A DNA stretch of 64,000 nucleotides from NCBI GenBank assembly GCA_045563715.1, contig JBJLIP010000001.1:129131-193130 (forward strand). Reading direction: 5' to 3'. The translations under genes were made by a program, and so were the position numbers. Shown piece by piece: positions 18,863-28,045 of this stretch. Every line of letters begins with the position of its first letter. Position 1 is the stretch's first letter. A model generated the notes under the pieces. That model saw only the letters and a program-made list of their open reading frames with translations. It did no database searches and was not told the origin of the DNA. The DNA comes from Gammaproteobacteria bacterium. GTDB taxonomy: Bacteria; Pseudomonadota; Gammaproteobacteria; Magnimaribacterales; D2472.

Positions 18863-20081
18863 TAAATCTTTTAATCATAGACTCAACAATATGGTCATCA
18901 AGTTTTTTAATATCTTTAAAGTCATTGAATTTATCACTTTCAATATTCATGGTTTTTATAGAACTTATTAATCCCGAAAAATCTTTAGAATCTTTAAATT
19001 GATTAATTTCATTTGATGATAAATTATTTAAAAATTCTTCTAGCTGAATGTTGATTTTATCTTTTGAATCTTTTATGGAAATTGCATCCAATGCTGTATG
19101 AGCTTCTATTACAATAATATTCATAGCCTTCTCAGCCTCGATTGATCTTTGGCCATAATTTTCTTGTGTTATTTTTTCAATATCATCAATTGAAAATAAA
19201 TATGCCTGTTCAATATTTCTTATTTCATCCTCAATATTTCTTGGTACTCCTAAATCGATAAGTAATATTGGTTTATATTTTCTTTTTTTCAAGGCATTTT
19301 CCACTGCTCCTTTGCCTACTAACGGCAATTCAGTGGTTGAAGAAGCAATTACTATATCTGCATATTCTAGCTCGTCATGAAGAGAATCCAGTGAGGAGGA
19401 AATAACCTCATAATCATTATCTAACTTAATTTTTTTTACGCTTCTATTTACTGATTTAATTTTATTAATTCCATTCTTGAAAAGATTTTCCATTACGCTA
19501 TGAGCTAAAGATCCAGCACCAACTATTAAAATATTTTGATCTTTAGGCTCCTCAAATATATTTTTAACTAGCTTATATGCCAAACCACTTACTGATAGAG
19601 AATTTAGGCCAATTTCTGTTTTAGTTCTAGCTTTCTTAGATATTTCTAATACTTTATTTGAAAGAGTTAACAATTTTCCACTAACTATATTAATTTCTTG
19701 TGCTATCTTTAATGCATTTTTAAACTGACCTAATATTTCTTGCTCACCAAGAACCTGAGAATCAATACCAGATGCCACCTTGCACATATGAACTAGAGCG
19801 TCATGTTTGTTTAGAAAATAAAAATTATCTTTTTCAAGATCATCATTTCCTAGAACAGTCATCACCTCCTCAAAGATATCTGAAGATATGCCTGATTCAC
19901 CAAAAAAATAAAATTCGGTCCTATTGCACGTAGAAATGCCAAAAAACGACTCTAATTTGTTATTAAATATATTTTTTAAATGGCTATCTAATAAAATCTG
20001 GTTAGATTCATTTATAATAAATTTTTCTCTTTCAGAGACATCGGAGGTCTTATGATTTATGCCAAATAACTGTAATTCCAT
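18849..20081 (-). CDS. hemA: Glutamyl-tRNA reductase
   Basis: 410 aa. N-terminus LFGINHKTSDVSEREKF and catalytic-Cys region (STCNRTEFYF). NAD(P)-binding GAGSLA. hemA-prfA-prmC operon order. Confidence 0.92.
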   Translation of the reverse strand: MELQLFGINHKTSDVSEREKFIINESNQILLDSHLKNIFNNKLESFFGISTCNRTEFYFFGESGISSDIFEEVMTVLGNDDLEKDNFYFLNKHDALVHMCKVASGIDSQVLGEQEILGQFKNALKIAQEINIVSGKLLTLSNKVLEISKKARTKTEIGLNSLSVSGLAYKLVKNIFEEPKDQNILIVGAGSLAHSVMENLFKNGINKIKSVNRSVKKIKLDNDYEVISSSLDSLHDELEYADIVIASSTTELPLVGKGAVENALKKRKYKPILLIDLGVPRNIEDEIRNIEQAYLFSIDDIEKITQENYGQRSIEAEKAMNIIVIEAHTALDAISIKDSKDKINIQLEEFLNNLSSNEINQFKDSKDFSGLISSIKTMNIESDKFNDFKDIKKLDDHIVESMIKRFIENA

Positions 20082-20544
20082 AATAAAAACTTTTTTTTAT
20101 GTCTTGCTTATAACTTTGGTTTCTTCATGCGCTTCTTTAGATAAAAAAGATAGCTCAAATGAGTACTTTGGAAAGTTGTTAATAAGCCAAGATAATAATG
20201 ATGACAAATTTTCTTTCAATATAAACATTAACCTAAGTAAAAAAGATTCTATTATACAGATTAAGAAGCCTTTTTATGGAAATGTTCTAAAGATTAAGGT
20301 AAGTGAAGGAAAGAATTTAGTCTTTCTGCCTACGAGATACAGTTCTCCATTTTATGTTCCTGAGGAAATTAATAGGAATTTTAAATACTGGTTAAGGCAA
20401 TGTCTTTTATCAAAAAATTTCTACGTTGATGACGTTTTTGAAGAATTAATCTTTACCTTTAGCTGTGAGAATAAAGTAGAGAGGGCAAATTTTTATATTA
20501 AGTATGGAAATGTCTATATAGATGGATTTCTATTGAGAAAATGA
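20059..20544 (+). CDS. lolB: Outer-membrane lipoprotein LolB (lipoprotein receptor)
   Basis: 161 aa with a lipobox (LVSSC) at residues 20-24. Divergent from hemA and upstream of ispE-prs, exactly as in E. coli. Only weak by-eye similarity to LolB, so the call rests on synteny plus the lipobox. Confidence 0.6.
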   Translation: MPNNCNSIIKTFFYVLLITLVSSCASLDKKDSSNEYFGKLLISQDNNDDKFSFNININLSKKDSIIQIKKPFYGNVLKIKVSEGKNLVFLPTRYSSPFYVPEEINRNFKYWLRQCLLSKNFYVDDVFEELIFTFSCENKVERANFYIKYGNVYIDGFLLRK

Positions 20545-21356
20545 ACAAAATACAAATAAATTCTCCTGCAAAAATAAATTTATTTTTAAAGGTCAAAGAA
20601 AAAAATCAAGATGGATATCATAATATTGATACATCTTTTCAATTAATTGATTTATTTGACAATATGAGTTTTGAGACATCCGATAATGGTGTTGTAATCA
20701 AATCAAATGAATCTTTTTTGGAAAACAAAAATAATACTATATATAGGTCTGCTAAGTTACTTCTCAAATTCATTGATTGTAAAATGGGAGTAAATATTAA
20801 AATTAAAAAAAACATTCCGGTTGGGGCGGGTTTGGGTGGAGGTAGTTCAAATGCGGCATCTACCCTAATCGCTTTAAATAAATTATGGAACTTAGAATTA
20901 TCAAAAGACAAATTAATTAAAATTGCAAAAAAAATTGGGGCTGATGTACCTTTTTTTGTGCACGGAGAAAATGCTTATGGTTATGGCATCGGCGACAAGC
21001 TTAAATCAAGAAATACGATTAAAAATAAAATACTTTTAATATATCCAGAAATAAATAATTCATCTTCAGAAATGTATCAATTATTAGATATTTACAGAAA
21101 AGGCAGCACAAACAACTTCAATCATTCACAAAATGACTTTTGGGAAATTTTTTTTAAAAAAAATGATGAAATTAAAAAGTTTTATGAATCAACAGCCGAT
21201 AACTGTCAATTAAACCTGAGCGGCAGTGGTTCTTGTATGTATGTTTTATATGAAACAGAAAGTGACATAAAAGAAATTCTTAAAAAAATTCCGCGTAATT
21301 GGAGATTCTTTTTCTGTAAACCATTACAATATTCGCCGATATGTTGTCTCAAGTGA
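20541..21356 (+). CDS. ispE: 4-diphosphocytidyl-2-C-methyl-D-erythritol kinase
   Basis: 271 aa. GHMP kinase motifs (PAKINLFLKV; IPVGAGLGGGSSNAAS). Confidence 0.9.
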   Translation: MNKIQINSPAKINLFLKVKEKNQDGYHNIDTSFQLIDLFDNMSFETSDNGVVIKSNESFLENKNNTIYRSAKLLLKFIDCKMGVNIKIKKNIPVGAGLGGGSSNAASTLIALNKLWNLELSKDKLIKIAKKIGADVPFFVHGENAYGYGIGDKLKSRNTIKNKILLIYPEINNSSSEMYQLLDIYRKGSTNNFNHSQNDFWEIFFKKNDEIKKFYESTADNCQLNLSGSGSCMYVLYETESDIKEILKKIPRNWRFFFCKPLQYSPICCLK

Positions 21357-21359
21357 TAT

Positions 21360-21434
21360 TGGGGTGTAGCCAAGCGGTAAGGCAACGGGTTTTGATCCCG
21401 TCATGCGTAGGTTCGAATCCTACCACCCCAGCCA
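21360..21434 (+). tRNA. tRNA-Gln (anticodon UUG)
   Basis: 75 nt. Acceptor TGGGGTG/CACCCCA, anticodon stem ACGGG/CCCGT with loop TTTTGAT, T-arm GTAGG-TTCGAAT-CCTAC, encoded GCCA 3' end. Closely resembles E. coli tRNA-Gln. Confidence 0.93.
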
Positions 21435-21464
21435 TGCTTTATAATATACAGAGGGGAAATTTAT

Positions 21465-22418
21465 ATGACTACAGATAATTTCGATCTTTTTACTGGAACA
21501 GCTAATCCTGAACTCGCTTCTGAAGTATCAAAAATACTTGGAATTCCACTTTCTGCTGCAGATGTTGGTTATTTTTCTGACGGTGAAATTAAGGTACAAA
21601 TTGAAGATAATGTCAGAGGTCATGATACTTTTATAATTCAATCTACCTGCACACCGCAAAATAAAAACTTGATGGAGCTGATGTTGCTAGCAGATGCATT
21701 AAAAAGATCATCAGCATCTAGAATTACTGCTGTTGTTCCTTACTATGGCTATGCCAGGCAAGACAGAAGAGTAAGATCTGCAAGAGTGCCTATCAGTGCT
21801 AAAGTTGTTGCTGATATGTTTTCATCTGTAGGTATTGATAGAGTTTTAACTATCGACCTCCACTCTGAATCTATTCAGGGTTTTTTTGATATGCCTGCCG
21901 ATAATGTATATGCAGCAAAGCTTATGGTGGATGATATTAAAGAAAATAATGAAAGAAAGGATATTGTTCTAGTTTCTCCAGATGTTGGTGGTGTTGTTAG
22001 AACTAGAGCTATAGCAAAGTTATTAGATGATTCGGATTTAGCAATAATTGATAAAAGAAGAGCTGCTGCTAATCAATCAGAGGTAATGAATATAATTGGT
22101 GATATTGAAGGCAAAGTGTGCATAGTACCTGACGATATAATTGATACAGCTGGCACATTATGTAATGCAGCAAAGGCATTAAAAGAAAAAGGTGCTATGG
22201 CAGTCAAGGCCTACATTACTCATCCAGTCCTTTCTGGTCCCGCAATAGAAAGATTGGAAAAATCAGATATTGATGAATTAGTTGTAACAAATTCTATTCC
22301 ATTGTCACAAGAAGCTGAAAAATGCAGTAAAATACGCGTCATTTCACTTGGATCTACTATTGCTGAATGTATAAAGCGTTTGAGTAGTGAAAAATCATTG
22401 AGTGAAATGTTTTTATAG
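21465..22418 (+). CDS. prs: Ribose-phosphate pyrophosphokinase
   Basis: 317 aa. PRPP-synthetase motifs ([13 protein letters not shown]; [11 protein letters not shown]; [12 protein letters not shown]). Good SD (GAGGGGA) upstream. Confidence 0.95.
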   Translation: MTTDNFDLFTGTANPELASEVSKILGIPLSAADVGYFSDGEIKVQIEDNVRGHDTFIIQSTCTPQNKNLMELMLLADALKRSSASRITAVVPYYGYARQDRRVRSARVPISAKVVADMFSSVGIDRVLTIDLHSESIQGFFDMPADNVYAAKLMVDDIKENNERKDIVLVSPDVGGVVRTRAIAKLLDDSDLAIIDKRRAAANQSEVMNIIGDIEGKVCIVPDDIIDTAGTLCNAAKALKEKGAMAVKAYITHPVLSGPAIERLEKSDIDELVVTNSIPLSQEAEKCSKIRVISLGSTIAECIKRLSSEKSLSEMFL

Positions 22419-22426
22419 AGGAAATT

Positions 22427-23146
22427 ATGACAGATCAAATAGTGCTAAATGCAGATATAAGAGAAAGAACTGGCTCTAATAAAGCAAGAGTAATAAGAAA
22501 AATAGATGGGATGGTTCCAGCCATTGTTTATGGAGATGAAAAAGAAACCATAAATATTAAGCTTAAGCTAAATGAGCTTACAAAAGCTTCAGAAAATGAG
22601 CTCTTTTATACTCAGGTCTTGCTTATTAAAACTGGTGATAATGAAGAAAAGGTTGTATTAAAAGAATTACAGAAAGACCCTGCAAAAGGTAAGTTCCTTC
22701 ATGCTGATTTTCAAAGAGTATCGAGAAAAACAAAGCTGAAGGTGGTTATACCAGTAAACTTTGTGAATGAAGAAGAATGTGTTGGAATTAAAGAAGATGG
22801 TGGGGTTGTTGCAAAAGCTATCAGAGAGATAGAAATAATGTGTCTTGCTGGTAATATACCTGAATCAATAGACATAGATATTAAAGATTTACATCTTGGT
22901 GATTCTATAAGACTTACTGAAATTGATCTCCCAGAGGGATCAGAGGTACCCGGACTTTCAGAAGAAACCGACCAAATGGTTGTTTCAGTCAATGCACCTA
23001 AAGCTGTTGAAGAAGAGCCTGTCCTCGAAGAAGGATTAGAAGATGGAGAGGCTCCAGAAGGTGAGGAAGGCACTGATGAAGCTGGTGGAGATGATTCAGC
23101 TCCAACAGAGTCAGAAGAAAATAAAGAAGATAACTCTGAAAGCTAA
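22427..23146 (+). CDS. rplY: 50S ribosomal protein L25 / general stress protein Ctc (long form with acidic tail)
   Basis: 239 aa. L25 N-domain (RKIDGMVPAIVYG), Ctc C-domain, and a very acidic Glu/Asp/Gly tail. Sits between prs and pth, as is common. Confidence 0.9.
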   Translation: MTDQIVLNADIRERTGSNKARVIRKIDGMVPAIVYGDEKETINIKLKLNELTKASENELFYTQVLLIKTGDNEEKVVLKELQKDPAKGKFLHADFQRVSRKTKLKVVIPVNFVNEEECVGIKEDGGVVAKAIREIEIMCLAGNIPESIDIDIKDLHLGDSIRLTEIDLPEGSEVPGLSEETDQMVVSVNAPKAVEEEPVLEEGLEDGEAPEGEEGTDEAGGDDSAPTESEENKEDNSES

Positions 23147-23149
23147 CAA

Positions 23150-23716
23150 GTGTATAAATTATGTATCGTTGGTTTAGGCAATCCTGGCACTAAATACAAT
23201 AATACTCGTCACAATATTGGTAAGGATTGGTTAAAAGACTTATCTCATAATTTATGTGATAAATTTATAGAGAAATCTAAATATGAGGCTAAGATTGCTG
23301 AGTCTCATTCTGGTGAAGTGTTGTGGTTAATTCCAACTAATTACATGAATGAATCTGGTAGAACAATTTCTAAACTTATTAAATCAACTAATTTGAAATC
23401 AAATAAAATTATAATTTTTCATGATGATTTAGACTTAAAAATCGGGGACATTCGAATTAAAGAAGGTGGAGGTCATGGTGGTCACAATGGCCTAAGAGAC
23501 ATACTAAGCAAGACAGGAAAGAATAATTATATGAGGATCAGGATTGGTATTGGACATCCTGGCCTTAAGGAAGATGTTACCAATTGGGTTTTAACAAAAT
23601 TTTCTCCAAATGAAAAGAGATCTCTTGCTCATGCATATGAAAAATTCAGTGAAGTGTTCGATATGATTTGTAATAATCAAATTGATCAAGCTCAAAAAAT
23701 ATTACACACAAAATAA
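23150..23716 (+). CDS. pth: Peptidyl-tRNA hydrolase
   Basis: 188 aa with a GTG start. Motifs GLGNPGTKYNNTRHNIG and GGHGGHNGLRDI. Confidence 0.92.
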   Translation: MYKLCIVGLGNPGTKYNNTRHNIGKDWLKDLSHNLCDKFIEKSKYEAKIAESHSGEVLWLIPTNYMNESGRTISKLIKSTNLKSNKIIIFHDDLDLKIGDIRIKEGGGHGGHNGLRDILSKTGKNNYMRIRIGIGHPGLKEDVTNWVLTKFSPNEKRSLAHAYEKFSEVFDMICNNQIDQAQKILHTK

Positions 23717-23719
23717 AAA

Positions 23720-24808
23720 ATGGGATTTAAATGTGGAATAATTGGTCTTCCAAACGTTGGGAAATCTACTCTATTTAATGCTCTAACTAAATCTGAAATT
23801 CCTGCAGAAAATTTCCCATTTTGCACTATTGACCCAAACGTTGGGATAGTGCCTCTACCAGATAAAAGACTTGATGAATTAAATAAAATAGTGAATTCTG
23901 AAAAAATTATTCCTGCAGTTTTAGATTTAGTTGATATAGCCGGTTTAGTTAAAGGTGCTTCTGATGGTGAAGGTCTTGGAAATTCATTTCTGTCAAATAT
24001 AAGAGAAATGTCTGCCTTGGCTCATGTTGTAAGATGCTTTGAAGATGAAAATATCACTCATGTGGATGGTTCAGTCGATCCTAGAAGAGATGTAGAAGTG
24101 ATTAATTTAGAACTTATTCTTGCTGATCTTGAATCTGTTACAAAACGAATTACCAGATGTGAAAAATTATTAAAAACGAATGATAAAGAGAACAAGATTC
24201 ATTTTGATTTATTAAATAAATTAAAACAGGAACTTGAATTAGGGAAATTAATAAATATCCAAGAATATGAAATTTCTGAACAAAAAATTATAAGGCAATT
24301 TCAACTTCTTTCTTCTAAACCAACTTTTTATATTGCAAATATTGATGATTCAGAGCAGTCATCTCAAAACTTAAGGGAGCTTGAAAGTATTGCTAATGAA
24401 TTAGGATCATCTGTTATAGCAGCATCAATAAAGATTGAACAAGAAATATCATTACTTAAAGAAGAGGAGAAATTAGAGTATCTTGAATTATTAGATATGG
24501 ATGAACCTGTTCTAAATAAAATAATATTTGAGGGATATAAACTACTAGGTTTAAAAACTTACTTTACGGCCGGGCCAAAAGAAATTAGGGCCTGGACAAT
24601 AAAAGATGGCTTCACAGCTCCTAATGCAGCAGGCGTAATACATACAGACTTTGAAAGAGGTTTTATCAAGGCAGAAGTAATAGACTTTGAAGACTTTATA
24701 GAATGCAATGGCGAGTTAGGTGCAAAAGAAAAAGGAAAGTTAAGGTTAGAAGGAAAGGAATATTTGGTTAAAGATGGAGATGTTATACACTTTAAATTCA
24801 ATGTTTAA
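23720..24808 (+). CDS. ychF: Ribosome-binding ATPase YchF
   Basis: 362 aa. P-loop GLPNVGKSTLFNALT, G4-variant region, and the C-terminal TGS domain ending DGDVIHFKFNV. Confidence 0.95.
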   Translation: MGFKCGIIGLPNVGKSTLFNALTKSEIPAENFPFCTIDPNVGIVPLPDKRLDELNKIVNSEKIIPAVLDLVDIAGLVKGASDGEGLGNSFLSNIREMSALAHVVRCFEDENITHVDGSVDPRRDVEVINLELILADLESVTKRITRCEKLLKTNDKENKIHFDLLNKLKQELELGKLINIQEYEISEQKIIRQFQLLSSKPTFYIANIDDSEQSSQNLRELESIANELGSSVIAASIKIEQEISLLKEEEKLEYLELLDMDEPVLNKIIFEGYKLLGLKTYFTAGPKEIRAWTIKDGFTAPNAAGVIHTDFERGFIKAEVIDFEDFIECNGELGAKEKGKLRLEGKEYLVKDGDVIHFKFNV

Positions 24809-24846
24809 ATCAAGAGTTTACAAATTAAATGAGAATTAAAAAATAA

Positions 24847-24874
24847 TTGACTCTTTGGCATTAAACATTATCAT
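24847..24874 (+). promoter_or_regulatory. Putative sigma-70 promoter for tRNA-Met (TTGACT - 16 nt - TATCAT)
   Basis: -35 TTGACT at 24847-24852 and -10 TATCAT at 24869-24874, ending 9 nt before the tRNA 5' end. Motif match only. Confidence 0.45.
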
Positions 24875-24883
24875 TCAACGATT

Positions 24884-24960
24884 GGCTATGTAGCTCAGAT
24901 GGTTAGAGCACAGCACTCATAACGCTGGGGTCGGTGGTTCAATTCCACCCATAGCCACCA
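24884..24960 (+). tRNA. tRNA-Met, elongator type (anticodon CAU)
   Basis: 77 nt. Acceptor GGCTATG/CATAGCC, anticodon loop CTCATAA, encoded CCA. The U4-A69/A5-U68 acceptor pairs and overall sequence resemble E. coli elongator tRNA-Met rather than tRNA-Ile2 or the initiator. Confidence 0.88.
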
Positions 24961-24987
24961 CTAAGTTTTGATTACTAAAAAGTTGGT

Positions 24988-25221
24988 TTAATCTTTTTTA
25001 AGATATGCGAATATTATGACCAATGCTACTAGAGCTAATAAAGCATCCTCTCCGAGCATATTTAAGACATCCGTAACATTTTTATAAACATCACCAACAA
25101 AAGGCGTATCAATACCAAATAAAATACCAAAGAGTAGCGATGCTACAACTAAAGGTATTAGTAATTTAGTAACTTTGTTTAGAAAAGTTGTTAGGCTGGC
25201 AAGTGTTATCTTAAATTTCAT
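24988..25221 (-). CDS. Small hydrophobic protein of unknown function (paralogue 1 of a tandem pair)
   Basis: 77 aa. Basic N-terminus, hydrophobic segment LLIPLVVASLLFGILFG, acidic linker IDTPFVGDVYKNVTDVLNMLGED, second hydrophobic helix ALLALVALVIIFAYL, basic end KKD. No family recognised. Paralogous to the adjacent ORF. Confidence 0.5.
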   Translation of the reverse strand: MKFKITLASLTTFLNKVTKLLIPLVVASLLFGILFGIDTPFVGDVYKNVTDVLNMLGEDALLALVALVIIFAYLKKD

Positions 25222-25234
25222 AATTTTTTAAACT

Positions 25235-25256
25235 AGGAAGGGATTTACCCCTTCCT
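25235..25256 (-). promoter_or_regulatory. Intercistronic stem-loop between the two small-protein genes
   Basis: AGGAAGGG (25235-25242) pairs with CCCTTCCT (25249-25256) around a 6-nt loop. It lies 22 nt after the upstream gene's stop and 14 nt before the downstream ATG. On the minus strand it is followed by AGUUUAAAAAAUU, which is not a clean U-tract. Confidence 0.4.
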
Positions 25257-25277
25257 ATTAACGATCGTTAAGTTAAA

Positions 25278-25496
25278 TTACTTAACAAGACTCATTAGGA
25301 CTGCTAAGACTAATAGTCCTACAACTCCACCGCTAGCTAAGTCACTAACTAATGATGTTATATTTCCTATTACATCAAGTCCAAGAGGTGTGCCGCCAAA
25401 AGCTAAGGCTGCAACAATTCCAAGACCAAGCACTCCGACAAGAACAGCAGTTAGATTACTAACGATGTCCTTTATCATTTTCCATGCATTATCCAT
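25278..25496 (-). CDS. Small hydrophobic protein of unknown function (paralogue 2 of a tandem pair)
   Basis: 72 aa. Hydrophobic segment LTAVLVGVLGLGIVAALAFG, linker GTPLGLDVIGNITSLVSDLAS, second hydrophobic helix GGVVGLLVLAVLMSLV, terminal K. Unusually strong SD for this genome (AGGGGGG at 25504-25510, 7 nt upstream of the ATG). Confidence 0.55.
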   Translation of the reverse strand: MDNAWKMIKDIVSNLTAVLVGVLGLGIVAALAFGGTPLGLDVIGNITSLVSDLASGGVVGLLVLAVLMSLVK

Positions 25497-25587
25497 AATA
25501 ATTCCCCCCTATTAGGTTTTTTTATATGATTTGCAGGTTTAATGAGAACACAAAATATAAAATGAATCAAATTTTGTAAACAAAATT

Positions 25588-25606
25588 AAGTCACAATATT
25601 TGACTT
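25588..25606 (-). terminator. Weak candidate hairpin downstream of pnp
   Basis: AAGTCA/TGACTT 6-bp inverted repeat with a 7-nt loop, about 47 nt after the pnp stop. On the minus strand it is followed by AATTTTGTTT. The stem is AT-rich and short, so this could equally be a protein-binding palindrome. Confidence 0.25.
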
Positions 25607-25652
25607 TTTAAAATATATAGAATAATGCTAATTTTTATGTATATTTTAACGC

Positions 25653-27749
25653 TTATTCAGAGTTTTCTTGCAAAGCTTTCATTGAAAGCTTCATTTTTCC
25701 TCTATCAAACCCAATTAGCTTGACTTCTATTTCTTGATCTTCCTCAAGCACATCTGCAACATTTTCAGTTCTCTCATTTGAAATTTCTGAAATATGTAAA
25801 AGACCATCCTTGCCTGGGAGTATATTTACAAACGCACCAAATTCTACGATCTTAACTACTTTACCCTTGTATACTTTATTTAATTCGGGTTCTTCCAGTA
25901 TCTCTTCAATAATAGCCAAGCATTCTTTCATTGAAGACTGATTTTGACCAAATACTGAAACAACACCATCATCATTGACATCAACAGTTGCACCAGTCTT
26001 TTCTTGCATACCTTTAATGACTGCCCCGCCCTTGCCGATAATTTCTTTAATTTTATCTTTATCCACCATAAATGTTTTCATAGCAGGAGCATTCTCAGAT
26101 AAATCTTTAGCAGAAGAAATCACTTTGTTCATAATCCCCAAAATATGGTTTCTGGCAACTTTAGCTTTAGCTAATGCTGTTTCCATTATTGATTCATTAA
26201 TACCTTGAATTTTAATGTCCATTTGCAATGCGGTTATTCCAGATTCCGTTCCAGCAACTTTGAAGTCCATATCACCTAAATGATCCTCATCACCCAAGAT
26301 ATCTGTTAGTACCGCAAAGTTATCACCCTCTTTTATTAAACCCATTGCGATACCCGCTACAGGACTTGATAGAGGTACCCCGGCATCCATTAATGATAAG
26401 GATGTTCCACAAACAGAAGCCATTGAACTAGAGCCATTAGATTCTGTAATTTCAGACACAACTCTCATTGTATAACCAAAATCTTCAACATCAGGTAGCA
26501 CAGCTTTAATTGCCCTTTTAGCCAAATTACCATGTCCTATTTCACGCCTTTTTGGTCCCATAGGCATGCCTATTTCACCAACACTGTATGCAGGGAAATT
26601 ATAATGAAGCATAAAGTTATCAGATCCCTCACCTTCTATTGCTTCAATTCTTTGAGCATCTCTTGAAGAACCAAGAGTTGCAACAACTATTGCTTGTGTT
26701 TCGCCTCTAGTAAATAATGCAGACCCATGAGCGCTAGGAAGAACATCTGTTTCTACAAATATAGGTCTAACAGTATCTAAGTCTCTTCCATCTATTCTTG
26801 GCATATTATTTAAAATATTTCCTCTAACTATATTTTTTTCAAGCTCTTTAAATGAACTTAAAACTTTTCCTAACTCAAATTCATCTAGATCTGAATGTTC
26901 CTCAACGATCTGATTTTTTATGACACTAAGAGCCTCATTTCTATCAGATTTATTTGAGATTTTAAAAGCTTCTGTAATTTTATCCTTATGTTGAGATTCA
27001 ATCTTTGTGTAATAGTCAGAAGCATCTTCATCCTTTTCAACAACCCAATCTTCATTGCCGACTTTTTGTTTCAACTCATTACATGCATTAATTACAGCTT
27101 TCATCTCCTGGTGACCAAAAAGAACAGCACCGAGCATAAGATCTTCATTTAGTTCTTTAGCTTCAGATTCAACCATAAGAACTGCTTCATCAGTTCCAGC
27201 TACAACCATATCTAGATATGAATCACCTAATTCTTCAAATGAAGGATTCAGAATATACTCACCATCAATAAATCCAACTCTGGCTGCGCCCATTGGTCCG
27301 TCAAATGGAACACCAGATATAGTAAGAGCAGCAGATGCCCCAATCATTGCAGCTATATCAGGATTCTGTTTCTTATCCGAGGACATAACTGTAGAGAATA
27401 TTTGAACCTCATTTTTAAAATTGTCTGGAAACATTGGCCTAATCGGTCTATCGATTAGTCTTGAAGTTAATGTTTCTCTCTCTGTAGGTCTTGCTTCTCT
27501 TTTAAAAAATCCACCTGGAATTCTTCCTGTTGCATAAAATTTTTCTTGATAAAAGACCGCTAATGGAAAGAAATCTTTTGCAGGGTCTGCTTCTTTCTTT
27601 GCTACTACTGTTGTTAATACAACTAAATCACCAATTGTAACCATTACTGCAGCTGTAGCTTGGCGTGCAACTTTATTTGTTTCAATTTTTACTTCTTGTT
27701 TTCCATACTGAAATTCTACCAATGTAGATTCTAATTTATTATTTTCCAC
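25653..27749 (-). CDS. pnp: Polyribonucleotide nucleotidyltransferase (PNPase)
   Basis: 698 aa with a GTG start and an AAGGA SD. Two RNase PH domains (ARQATAAVMV; FDGPMGAARVG) plus KH and S1 domains (GKVVKIVEFGAFVNILPGKDGLLHISE). Confidence 0.96.
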   Translation of the reverse strand: MENNKLESTLVEFQYGKQEVKIETNKVARQATAAVMVTIGDLVVLTTVVAKKEADPAKDFFPLAVFYQEKFYATGRIPGGFFKREARPTERETLTSRLIDRPIRPMFPDNFKNEVQIFSTVMSSDKKQNPDIAAMIGASAALTISGVPFDGPMGAARVGFIDGEYILNPSFEELGDSYLDMVVAGTDEAVLMVESEAKELNEDLMLGAVLFGHQEMKAVINACNELKQKVGNEDWVVEKDEDASDYYTKIESQHKDKITEAFKISNKSDRNEALSVIKNQIVEEHSDLDEFELGKVLSSFKELEKNIVRGNILNNMPRIDGRDLDTVRPIFVETDVLPSAHGSALFTRGETQAIVVATLGSSRDAQRIEAIEGEGSDNFMLHYNFPAYSVGEIGMPMGPKRREIGHGNLAKRAIKAVLPDVEDFGYTMRVVSEITESNGSSSMASVCGTSLSLMDAGVPLSSPVAGIAMGLIKEGDNFAVLTDILGDEDHLGDMDFKVAGTESGITALQMDIKIQGINESIMETALAKAKVARNHILGIMNKVISSAKDLSENAPAMKTFMVDKDKIKEIIGKGGAVIKGMQEKTGATVDVNDDGVVSVFGQNQSSMKECLAIIEEILEEPELNKVYKGKVVKIVEFGAFVNILPGKDGLLHISEISNERTENVADVLEEDQEIEVKLIGFDRGKMKLSMKALQENSE

Positions 27750-27775
27750 GATTTTCCTTTTTAATTTGTATTGAA

Positions 27776-28045
27776 TTACCCTCTTAGATTAAGCTTTTTA
27801 ATGAGCTCAGAGTGAGTATTAGCATCTTTTTTCTTAAGGTATGCTAAAAGTTTTCTTCTAAGATTGACCATTCTTATTAGACCATTTCTGGAGTGATGAT
27901 CTTTTTTGTGACTTTTAAAATGATTTTGAAGTTTATTAATATTTTCTGTTAAAAGTGCTATTTGCACCTCAGGTGATCCAGTATCACCTTCATTTCTCTT
28001 ATATTCATTGACTATATTTGCTTTTTCTTCAGTTAATAATGCCAT
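27776..28045 (-). CDS. rpsO: 30S ribosomal protein S15
   Basis: 89 aa. [37 protein letters not shown] is a near-canonical S15 sequence. Confidence 0.95.
   Translation of the reverse strand: MALLTEEKANIVNEYKRNEGDTGSPEVQIALLTENINKLQNHFKSHKKDHHSRNGLIRMVNLRRKLLAYLKKKDANTHSELIKKLNLRG

Noticed and set aside
24884-24960. The CAU-anticodon tRNA as a possible tRNA-Ile2 (lysidine substrate of the tilS in this window) or as an initiator.
   Set aside because: The acceptor stem GGCTATG carries U4-A69 and A5-U68, as in elongator tRNA-Met; E. coli tRNA-Ile2 has C-G pairs there. It has a paired 1:72 position and lacks the three consecutive G-C pairs of an initiator anticodon stem.
24961-25652. A prophage or integrated element at the tRNA-Met 3' end.
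   Set aside because: The interval is under 700 bp and holds only the two small ORFs. I found no integrase, replication or morphogenesis genes, and no direct repeat of the tRNA 3' end (att duplication) before pnp. At most it is a remnant, so it is kept as a hypothesis in the findings.
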